Below the pieces are notes generated by a model. The model was given only the letters and a program-made list of their open reading frames with translations, had not been told where the DNA came from and did not search any database. From positions 900,001 through 932,000 of the forward strand of contig NC_020304.1 of NCBI RefSeq assembly GCF_000341395.1: a stretch of DNA of 32,000 nt, written 5' to 3'. Position numbers and translations under genes: made by a program. This document shows positions 1 to 7,303 of this stretch, in pieces. The stretch comes from Desulfocapsa sulfexigens DSM 10523. GTDB lineage: Bacteria; Desulfobacterota; Desulfobulbia; Desulfobulbales; Desulfocapsaceae. Each line of letters begins with the position of its first letter. Position 1 is the stretch's first letter.

Positions 1-440
1 GAATCATTAAAGCCAGCGTCGTTGATGTCAAGTTTAGACCAGCCTATTCCGCCACCGACAAATGGTGTCCAGGCAGAGCCGGTATCAACATCGTAAAAAC
101 CATTGACCATAAAGGAAAGAGTTTTCAGGTCGCCCTCGTTAAAGCTACCGTAATAGTTGTTGTAGTACGTTATATCAAGGTCATTCTTTTGTTTGATAAT
201 CTCTAGTTCCATACGCATCGGGCTCACAAAATCATACCCTGCAGCAAGAGAACCTACAAAGCCGCTGTCATATGTCATTTTGGCTGTCCCGCCTCCATTT
301 GGCATGTTGTCTATATCAGCATCCATACCCATACCTATGCCTATATTCCCCTTAATGTAAAAGGAATCTTTGGCGGCCATTGAACTCACAGGAGCAACGA
401 GTACAGTCAGCGTTGCTACAGTTAATAAGGTTTTTTTCAT
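1..440 (-). CDS. Outer-membrane beta-barrel family protein, truncated by the window edge (N-terminal part present)
   Basis: Minus-strand reading frame from ATG at 438-440: MKKTLLTVATLTVLVAPVSSMAAKDSFYIKGNIGIGMG... Signal peptide, then aromatic/Gly-alternating strands (GSFNEGDLKTFSFMVNGFYDV, WTPFVGGGIGWS) typical of small OMP barrels. Runs off position 1. Confidence 0.75.
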   Translation of the reverse strand, partial: MKKTLLTVATLTVLVAPVSSMAAKDSFYIKGNIGIGMGMDADIDNMPNGGGTAKMTYDSGFVGSLAAGYDFVSPMRMELEIIKQKNDLDITYYNNYYGSFNEGDLKTLSFMVNGFYDVDTGSAWTPFVGGGIGWSKLDINDAGFND

Positions 441-517
441 TTTATATTCCTCTTTTGAAAATTTAATAAAGATAAATATTTTCTTATATAATTTCTACAT
501 CGACACAGATATAAGCT

Positions 518-826
518 TTAGCGTTTCCGGCCACCTCCCCCACCACTCCCACGCCTTTGCTGAGTACTACTATCATCTCTTTTTGCATTGGCTGGTTGTC
601 CAGTGTATTGCTGCCGTTCCTCTGGCGTCATATTCTGCATGCGCTCCTGCCATTCAGAACGAAAAGCATTACGCTCTTCCTCGCTTGCCTCCTGCAGAGT
701 TCCCCGCGAGTTACTGAGTTCTTCATTACTCATGCTGGAATAATCGTTTACTGCCCATACCGGTGTTGCTGCTGTCATGAACGTCATGGTCAACATAATT
801 GCTGTTTTTTGAATCTTGCATGTCAT
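518..826 (-). CDS. Small secreted hypothetical protein, charged/Gln-rich with Gly/Arg-rich C-terminus (GSGGGGGRKR)
   Basis: ORF of 102 aa with signal peptide (..LTMTFMTAATPVWA), motif MTPEERQQY and good Shine-Dalgarno GGAGGAAAAATC-ATG. Located 69 bp downstream of the lipoprotein gene on the same strand. Confidence 0.7.
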   Translation of the reverse strand: MTCKIQKTAIMLTMTFMTAATPVWAVNDYSSMSNEELSNSRGTLQEASEEERNAFRSEWQERMQNMTPEERQQYTGQPANAKRDDSSTQQRRGSGGGGGRKR

Positions 827-895
827 GATTTTTCCTCCATATTTTTTTGGGAATCATAATTCACAGGCCGTCTTAAGTTCCTCACCTGCTCCATC

Positions 896-1714
896 TCATT
901 TGTTTTGGCTCTTGTTTCCAAGCAATTGTATGCCATTTCTTCCTACACCCTCACGATCCTTGAGGGTCGCATTCTTAGCCAGGTATACTTTTGCCCATAT
1001 TTCAATCGGTTCATGGCTGCCACCGCCCTGTGCACCTCCTTTTCCTCCCATTTTTTTGCCACCTCCTCCACCACCCCTTCCGCCTCGACCACCACCGGAA
1101 GATACTTTGCCGGATGGTTTTTCTGGTTTACCGGTCTCAAGCCCGACACCGATAGTGTTGTTTTTTTTTGAGTAAGTTAGTGGAACTTTCAGTTCATAAA
1201 CCAGATACCCTTGCTGCATTCCGAGTCGGACATATATCCCCATTTCTTCAGCTTTGTTCGTCGGTAATGTTTGACGGGTCTCTTCCACCCCACTGAGTAT
1301 GGCCAGGCTGTACTGTGTATCTTCCAGCATTTCCTCCATACCATTTCTTGTTTTATGGTCTGACATGCGTCCCGGGATCAGATTTTGTCTGGCAAGTGGG
1401 AACTGTAGGCCGAATGTTTTTCTGTTCTCTCCTGTGTCATCAAGCCATACGGTGAAACCGGTTCGCAAAAGCATCATATTGGTAACCTGGTTTCTACTTA
1501 ACAAGCGGATATAGAGACTATCCTCATCGTTCATCATAGACACTCGCACCCTGGAATTTTCATCAAAATACTGTGGATTTTCCGGCCAGGCAGCATCTCT
1601 ACCGTTTAAAGAAATCGGTTCAGTCCACTGGCTTTGCAGTTCCACTTCGTTACATCCAACCAGAGAGATGGTTACCAGAGGAATTAAGAGGGTAAGGAGC
1701 TTAGTTGGTTTCAT
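896..1714 (-). CDS. Putative lipoprotein with a possible CBM9-like domain and a Gly-rich insert
   Basis: 272 aa; N-terminus MKPTKLLTLLIPLVTISLVGC fits a lipobox; ISLNGRDAAWPENPQY...EDSLYIRLLSRN resembles CBM9-like domains; low-complexity insert GGGRGGRGGGGGGKKMGGKGGAQGGG. Confidence 0.65.
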   Translation of the reverse strand: MKPTKLLTLLIPLVTISLVGCNEVELQSQWTEPISLNGRDAAWPENPQYFDENSRVRVSMMNDEDSLYIRLLSRNQVTNMMLLRTGFTVWLDDTGENRKTFGLQFPLARQNLIPGRMSDHKTRNGMEEMLEDTQYSLAILSGVEETRQTLPTNKAEEMGIYVRLGMQQGYLVYELKVPLTYSKKNNTIGVGLETGKPEKPSGKVSSGGGRGGRGGGGGGKKMGGKGGAQGGGSHEPIEIWAKVYLAKNATLKDREGVGRNGIQLLGNKSQNK

Positions 1715-1841
1715 AATGTTCTCTCTTTTGTTTTTTGTTAAACCTCTTGACTTGAATCGATAATGATTTGTCGATTAGCCTTGGATTTTTCTAAAGTACA
1801 GCACTCTCTGACTGATTGCTGTTAAGCTCCGGTCAAGTTGT

Positions 1842-1856
1842 GTAAAGTTGTGTAAA
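1842..1856 (+). promoter_or_regulatory. Candidate CpxR-type box GTAAA-GTTGT-GTAAA
   Basis: Sequence 1836-1858 AGTTGTGTAAAGTTGTGTAAAGC. Exact match to the published E. coli CpxR consensus GTAAA-N5-GTAAA, 65 bp upstream of the RR start codon and in the divergent intergenic region. Confidence 0.65.
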
Positions 1857-1921
1857 GCTATTACACTGATTAGAAATAGTGCAGTAGTATCCGAGAGAGA
1901 ATGATCTTCGGAGGAGACGAT

Positions 1922-2626
1922 ATGAAAACAATTTTAGTCATTGATGATGACAAAGAACTGTGCGAGTTGCTGGTTGAATTTTTACAGCCAGAAGGATTTA
2001 GAGTTGAAACAGTGAATGAGCCACACGGCGGCTTACGGCAGGCCTTATCCGGTGAATACTGTCTGGTGGTTCTTGATGTGATGCTTCCAGGCATGACGGG
2101 ATTCGAACTCTTGCGGAATCTCAGGATATCTTCGCAGGTTCCTGTGCTGATGCTTACAGCCAGAGGTGAGGATATTGATCGTATTATTGGCCTGGAGATG
2201 GGGGCGGATGATTATCTGCCCAAACCATTTAACCCTCGCGAACTTGTGGCCAGGATTCAAGCCATTTGGCGTCGAGTTCAGCCAGAAGAAAAACAGCAGT
2301 TGGAGAATACGTCCCGGATTGAACTTGATGATATTGTACTTGATTTTGGTTCAAGGAGTGTGAAACAGAATAACAATACCATTAAAGTTACCGCCGTCGA
2401 GTTTTCCTTGCTTTATGAGTTGTTGCGTAAGGCTGGTCAGGTATTGACACGTGAGGAGTTGACCCAAAGGGTTTTGAATCGTAAGCTTGAGATTTTTGAC
2501 CGCAGCATCGATGTCCATGTCAGCAGCCTGCGAAAAAAGCTGGGGCACAATATAGACAACCGAGAACGGATCAAGACCATACGCAGTGTTGGCTATCTTT
2601 ATACCCAAGCACATCAGGATTTGTAA
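1922..2626 (+). CDS. cpxR: OmpR-family response regulator, CpxR-like
   Basis: MKTILVIDDDKELCELLVEFLQPEG receiver domain, phosphoacceptor region VVLDVMLPGMTG, DDYLPKPFNPRELVARI, winged-helix VTAVEFSLLYELLRKAGQVLTREEL...IDVHVSSLRKKLG. The track start at 1901 is extended; ATG at 1922 is the more likely start. Confidence 0.88.
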   Translation: MKTILVIDDDKELCELLVEFLQPEGFRVETVNEPHGGLRQALSGEYCLVVLDVMLPGMTGFELLRNLRISSQVPVLMLTARGEDIDRIIGLEMGADDYLPKPFNPRELVARIQAIWRRVQPEEKQQLENTSRIELDDIVLDFGSRSVKQNNNTIKVTAVEFSLLYELLRKAGQVLTREELTQRVLNRKLEIFDRSIDVHVSSLRKKLGHNIDNRERIKTIRSVGYLYTQAHQDL

Positions 2627-2628
2627 TC

Positions 2629-4044
2629 ATGCGTAGCCTTTTTTGTAAACTTTTTATGAGCTTTCTTCTTATCACACTGCTTGCCAGTTTCACCACGGTG
2701 ATGATCTCTTATTGGGCACAAGTTGGCCCCTATGGTGAGCTTAAAAAGCGGGTGGAGCATAACCAGATTCAATCTTTGACTCATTCTCTTTCGGTAATCG
2801 GCCTGGCGGCAGTGAAGATACTTGAAATTGGCGACAAGGAAGCATTGATTGCTTATTTACAGGAAGTTGGAAAACAGCACCACAGTCGAATTGTTTTGCT
2901 GCAGGAAGACAACAGCACCTTTTCAGATCACAAGCTGCCACCGAACGCTGCTGATCTTGTTGTTTCTTCCCGTAAATCGCATGATATTCAATACAACCTA
3001 TCCGAAACAGAAATCATTGTCGCCATTCCCCTTTTTAGCAAAAACAGACAGATAATGACACTCATCGGAAGCACGGCCAGGATTGTGCGGCCTCGTGTTT
3101 TTATAGACAATAAACAGGAAAAAGTATGGCATCGGCTACTCTTTTTTCGTCAACGTTTTGGCTTACCCGTAATTGTAATAGTTTCTGTTGCTGCGGCAGG
3201 TTGTTACCTGCTGGCCCGTTCACTGACTGCACCAATCCGTGATTTACGCAAGGCCACCCAGCGAATGAGCAAAGGTGATTTCTCAGCCCGGGTTGATCTT
3301 TGCAATCGCAGGAGAGATGAAATTGCGGATTTGAGCCGTGATTTTAACATGATGGCCGAACGAACCCAGTCTTTAATCCAGTCTCAGAAGCGATTGTTAC
3401 GCGATGTTTCTCATGAACTGCGTTCCCCGTTGACCAGGCAGAATCTTGCGGTGGAACTGGCCCGGCAACGATTCAGCGATGCGGAACCTTATCTTGCGAG
3501 AATTGAAAAAGAGTCTGGACGGCTCAGTGAACTCATTGACCAGCTCCTCATCTTGACCAGGCTTGAAGGGAGTGTGGATAACACACCCAAAGAGCTAGTG
3601 CATTTACATGAATTATTGAATGATATTGTACGTGATGCCAATTTTGAGGCTGCCAGTCGGGATCGAAGAATAGAAATACAAAACCTGAATGAGATTACAA
3701 TGTTCGGTTCCATGGAGATGCTTGGTCGGGCTCTGGAGAATGTGATTCGCAATGGCTTACGCTATACTACAGCCGGAAGCGCCGTTGAGATCAGTACATC
3801 AAAAGGTAAGGATTCTGCAACTATTATTGTCCGAGATCATGGCCCAGGTGTACCGCAGAAGTATCTTGAACATATTTTTAAACCTTTTTTTCGGGTAGCA
3901 GAGTCGCGTGGCCGTGACAGCGGCGGCACGGGTATCGGCCTGGCCATCGCCAAACAGGCGATCCTGATGCATGGCGGTGGAATAGTAGCAAGAAATGCCG
4001 AGGAAGGCGGTCTGATAATTGAGATTCACTTACCGTTGTCGTAA
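2629..4044 (+). CDS. cpxA: Sensor histidine kinase, CpxA-like
   Basis: 471 aa; two TM segments, periplasmic sensor domain, HAMP, H-box RDVSHELRSPLTRQNLAVELAR, N/G boxes (ENVIRNGLRYT, DHGPGVP, GGTGIGLAI). Starts 2 nt after the RR stop. Confidence 0.88.
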   Translation: MRSLFCKLFMSFLLITLLASFTTVMISYWAQVGPYGELKKRVEHNQIQSLTHSLSVIGLAAVKILEIGDKEALIAYLQEVGKQHHSRIVLLQEDNSTFSDHKLPPNAADLVVSSRKSHDIQYNLSETEIIVAIPLFSKNRQIMTLIGSTARIVRPRVFIDNKQEKVWHRLLFFRQRFGLPVIVIVSVAAAGCYLLARSLTAPIRDLRKATQRMSKGDFSARVDLCNRRRDEIADLSRDFNMMAERTQSLIQSQKRLLRDVSHELRSPLTRQNLAVELARQRFSDAEPYLARIEKESGRLSELIDQLLILTRLEGSVDNTPKELVHLHELLNDIVRDANFEAASRDRRIEIQNLNEITMFGSMEMLGRALENVIRNGLRYTTAGSAVEISTSKGKDSATIIVRDHGPGVPQKYLEHIFKPFFRVAESRGRDSGGTGIGLAIAKQAILMHGGGIVARNAEEGGLIIEIHLPLS

Positions 4045-4218
4045 TCAGCCCACTTTTCTCATGAATATTTTGTTCCAAAATTTTAATATACTCCAACAAA
4101 TGCTAAATGGTTTGTTTGTTAACAAAATGTTCACCAAAAGCGTTTCAATATAACCAATCCTGTTTTCTCGCTCGCCCCTCACATCTGTGGTCATCTCAAC
4201 TCGTGAGAAACCCGGACT

Positions 4219-4246
4219 AGGGCCTCGGAATAATCCCAAAGGCCCT
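4219..4246. repeat. Inverted repeat AGGGCCT-N14-AGGCCCT between convergent genes
   Basis: Perfect 7-bp arms at 4219-4225 and 4240-4246. No clear U-tract on either side, so terminator status is uncertain. Confidence 0.4.
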
Positions 4247-4316
4247 AACATTTTGCTCAAGCCCCGATGACATCCCCTCCATCTTGGTCGCTAATAGAGT
4301 TGTGCATCTCTTTGCA

Positions 4317-4757
4317 TTAAGCTTGGATATTAACCGGGGAATAATCCTCTGGATCCTCCTCCTGCTCCCCAAACATATCCATCAATGTCGAGAAGGAATC
4401 ATTTTCCGCATTTGATTGATAGGCAGCATGGGATTGCAAAGATGCTGCCCCGCTTCGAAGACCTCCCGTCTTCTCCTGAATTTCTCTCATCATGGATTCC
4501 ATTTCACCCCTATCCATCAGCCCGTCATTATTGGCATCATAGGTCTTTGCTACCTCCGCCACGTTCATTGTCTGGCCTGTCATCCCAGACATTTTGTCGG
4601 CCATTGTCTGGAGTTCAGCCTGATCAATAGCGCCGTTTTTGTCGGCGTCAAGCTTGTTAAATCGTCCTTCAGCTCCTTTCCCTTGCCCTTGCCGTGCGCC
4701 CTGCGCCTGCTGCATATTAGCAAAAGAATAACTATACGATCCACTTATTCCGTTCAT
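4317..4757 (-). CDS. EF-hand (calcium-binding) domain protein
   Basis: Two EF-hand loops, DADKNGAIDQAEL and DANNDGLMDRGEM. Start assigned to MNGISGSYSY at 4755-4757, preceded by AAAGGAG; the track ORF is 28 codons longer. Confidence 0.85.
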   Translation of the reverse strand: MNGISGSYSYSFANMQQAQGARQGQGKGAEGRFNKLDADKNGAIDQAELQTMADKMSGMTGQTMNVAEVAKTYDANNDGLMDRGEMESMMREIQEKTGGLRSGAASLQSHAAYQSNAENDSFSTLMDMFGEQEEDPEDYSPVNIQA

Positions 4758-4899
4758 CGTAATGACTCCTTTTTTGGTTATGGAGATGATGAAAGAGAGG
4801 ATGTCCGTTTCCAATCTCCTGTAAAAGCATTCCTCTATCAACTGTACATGGAGATAGTTTTATCTCCACTGATATTCAAATCGGGCTGGAATCTAATTT

Positions 4900-4929
4900 T
4901 CTATAGCTTCTTTACAATAACTTTACAAA
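4900..4929 (-). promoter_or_regulatory. Candidate promoter with embedded CpxR-like box GTAAA-GTTATT-GTAAA upstream of the EF-hand gene
   Basis: Minus strand 4929->4900: TTTGTAAAGTTATTGTAAAGAAGCTATAGA. Box occupies 4911-4926 (N6 spacing). TTGTAA (4928-4923) - 17 nt - TATAGA (4905-4900) gives a sigma70-like -35/-10. Confidence 0.5.
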
Positions 4930-5189
4930 CCGAAGGTGATAAAGAATATTAGAGTACGAATGCCTTTTAGAAATGTCCATACTGTTGCCCTGTAGAAGGT
5001 CAGAGCATAACCACAAAGAAAAGGTGCTGAATAGAAGAATTTGTCGAATTCAAAAGCGGAAAAGGCTGTTCTCAACAACTTCGCACTGGCAACGTGTTCC
5101 CCGGTAAAGGCATCAAAACCTACCTGGCCATCGATTCAACATCAGCCTGTACCAAGGAGTCCATCCCAGATCTGGGGATTTTCAGACAC

Positions 5190-5726
5190 TCAAAACCAGA
5201 ATTCCGGATAACGTCGATTTCTCGGTATATTATTGACCAGCAGGGCGATGATAAGCATTGTTACTGCCCCTAACGCCACCGGTACAATGACATACAGATA
5301 TCCCAGGGCATGAACGTTATCACTTCCGATAACAGCAATCAGGGCAGTGGCCCCGCCTGGCGGATGAAGGGTACAGGTAGCGTGCATAACAGCAATGGCG
5401 GTGGCCACCGCAAGGGCTGCAGCCAGCCACATCTGGCCATGAAATGTTTGATAACAAAAGACCCCTATGATGGCCGATAAAATGTGACCGCCGACCAGAT
5501 TACGTGGCTGAGCCAGGGGACTTCTTATAGCCCCGTAAATGAGAACGGCGGACGCACCAAAAGAACCGATAATCATCACCAGGTCACTTTCAGCCAAAAA
5601 ATTATAATGAAGGAGGGCAACTGCCGCTATCCCCAGAAAAGCCCCCAACCAGGACCAGGCTATTTCCGACAATCCTGGTCGAGGTGGACTTTTAGTGATC
5701 CCCTTCATTTTTTGAAAGTATGCCAT
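5190..5726 (-). CDS. HPP-family integral membrane protein
   Basis: Motifs GSFGASAVLIYGAIRSPLAQPRNLVGGHILSAIIGV and HATCTLHPPGGATALIAVIG (HPP motif), four hydrophobic segments. Start assigned to MAYFQKMKG at 5726. Confidence 0.85.
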   Translation of the reverse strand: MAYFQKMKGITKSPPRPGLSEIAWSWLGAFLGIAAVALLHYNFLAESDLVMIIGSFGASAVLIYGAIRSPLAQPRNLVGGHILSAIIGVFCYQTFHGQMWLAAALAVATAIAVMHATCTLHPPGGATALIAVIGSDNVHALGYLYVIVPVALGAVTMLIIALLVNNIPRNRRYPEFWF

Positions 5727-5742
5727 TGTGTGCTTTCTCCTC

Positions 5743-6354
5743 TTACAAAAGTTGTGAGCGGACAATATCGCCCCTGGAAAGAATACCCACAATCTTTTCT
5801 CCTTGCTGATCGAGCACAGGGAGCCGATTGATATTATTTTTTGACATTATGACTGTGATTTCACCTAGGGGGGTATTCTCTCTGATCGTAAATGGAGGAT
5901 GGCTCATAATATCAGCAGCCACCCTTTCAGGACTAGATACAGCAACACACCCTTTTCCCTGAAGACTGTTAGTGATTATAGACATAAAAGATCTGTTGTT
6001 GGTACCCAGATCCTTGAGAAAGTCTTGTTCTGACAAAACCCCCACCACTCTTTCTTCGTTATCCAAAACCGGCACCCCCGAGATGGAGGCAGCTGCCATT
6101 CGCTTTGCCGCTTCCAGCAGTGGGGTATTTGCAGCAACGCTTACTACCTCTCGGCTCATGATATCTCTGGCAAGTATAGAGTTGGTCAGCCGTTCCATGG
6201 CATGCTGATAAGAAAGTTTATACAGCTCCTTAAAGTCACTTGCAGTGATGTCAAGGTAGCCAGAAATTTCCTTCATCGCCTCATATATGTCCTCATCGGA
6301 AATGGCTAATCTTTCTGGCAGACAAGGCTGGGTGGAACTTTTTGCTGTTTCCAT
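5743..6354 (-). CDS. CBS-domain pair protein
   Basis: Two CBS repeats: DIMSREVVSVAANTPLLEAAKRMAAASISGVPVLDNEERVVGVLSEQDFL and DIMSHPPFTIRENTPLGEITVIMSKNNINRLPVLDQQGEKIVGILSRGDIV. Start METAKSST at 6354. Confidence 0.85.
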   Translation of the reverse strand: METAKSSTQPCLPERLAISDEDIYEAMKEISGYLDITASDFKELYKLSYQHAMERLTNSILARDIMSREVVSVAANTPLLEAAKRMAAASISGVPVLDNEERVVGVLSEQDFLKDLGTNNRSFMSIITNSLQGKGCVAVSSPERVAADIMSHPPFTIRENTPLGEITVIMSKNNINRLPVLDQQGEKIVGILSRGDIVRSQLL

Positions 6355-6457
6355 GGTCACTCTCTCTTTTTTGCTAGTGATCAATGTGGTTACTTCACCT
6401 CTATCGCTTCAACCGGGCAGCAATCAACCGCTTTTCCACAGTCGCAGGTCTCACTTT

Positions 6458-6475
6458 TGTGAATTTGTTTTCACA
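6458..6475. promoter_or_regulatory. Inverted repeat TGTGAA-N6-TTCACA, candidate operator upstream of the CBS/HPP operon
   Basis: TGTGAA (6458-6463), TTTGTT, TTCACA (6470-6475), ~100 bp upstream of the CBS gene start. Confidence 0.35.
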
Positions 6476-6626
6476 TTAATCTGGCCAAACGATGTTGTCA
6501 ATATGTTGGAAATGGTACTTTACGAACCTTCTCCATAACAACTTAGGGACTACCCATTAGTAAATCTGTTACTTCCTTGACTGATACCATCACTTAGATT
6601 TTTTCGCTAATATCAAAAAAACATGC

Positions 6627-6676
6627 TTGACAACATCCGAAGTACACCATACCTTTAAAGTGAGTAATCAATTACT
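6627..6676 (+). promoter_or_regulatory. Candidate promoter and TetR-type operator for the efflux operon
   Basis: TTGACA (6627-6632), 17-nt spacer, TACCTT (6650-6655), then the palindrome AGTAAT-CA-ATTACT (6663-6676) overlapping the expected transcription start. Confidence 0.5.
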
Positions 6677-6694
6677 ATCTTTTCAGGAGGTTTT

Positions 6695-7303
6695 ATGGTA
6701 ACCCAGAGCAAACATCTTCCGGCAGAAGAGCGCCGTACAGTAACTGTCGAAGCCGTGATTGAGTTGGCTGCAGAACAAAATCCGAATGATATCACTACAT
6801 CTGCTATTGCTGCCCGTATGGGATTGACACAGGGCGCTCTGTTTCGACACTTTCCCAGTAAGGCAGCCATTCTCCAGGCAGTGATGGAATGGGTGGCCGA
6901 GCGACTGCTGACAAGGTTGGATAAGGCCATACAGGAGGCCCCATCGCCACTCGCCTCTCTTGAAGCCATGTTCATGGCCCATGTGCTGTTTGTAGCTGAA
7001 CATCCTGGCGTTCCCCGCATTCTGTTTGGCGAGTTGCAGCATTCTGAAAAAACCGCTTCCAAGATGATGGTACAGGCACTCATCAAGCATTATGGCGAAC
7101 GCCTTCACCGGTTGCTCAAAGAGGGAAAAATACTAAAAGAACTGGACGCTGATCTCGACATAGAGGCGGCTGCCACTCTCTTTATCGGCACCATTCAGGG
7201 GCTCATAATGCAATCACTCCTGGCAGGTGATGTGGATCATATTCGTCGTGATGCACCGAGGGTTTTCAATATCTATCGTCGTGGCATAAGGAGCATGCAA
7301 TGA
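6695..7303 (+). CDS. TetR-family transcriptional regulator
   Basis: N-terminal HTH: ITTSAIAARMGLTQGALFRHFPSKAAILQAVMEW. SD AGGAGG upstream. Confidence 0.88.
   Translation: MVTQSKHLPAEERRTVTVEAVIELAAEQNPNDITTSAIAARMGLTQGALFRHFPSKAAILQAVMEWVAERLLTRLDKAIQEAPSPLASLEAMFMAHVLFVAEHPGVPRILFGELQHSEKTASKMMVQALIKHYGERLHRLLKEGKILKELDADLDIEAAATLFIGTIQGLIMQSLLAGDVDHIRRDAPRVFNIYRRGIRSMQ

Noticed and set aside
370-859. Plus-strand ORFs 370..717 and 557..859
   Set aside because: Antisense to the beta-barrel gene start and the small secreted protein; hydrophobic/His-rich shadow translations without support.
4416-4952. 178-aa plus-strand ORF
   Set aside because: Antisense to the EF-hand gene, which has clear motifs and a good RBS.
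4925-5133. Open minus-strand frame containing VGFDAFTGEHVASAKLLRTAFSAFEFDKFFYSA between the HPP and EF-hand genes
   Set aside because: No convincing start codon or recognisable family; considered a possible gene remnant but not supportable from sequence alone.
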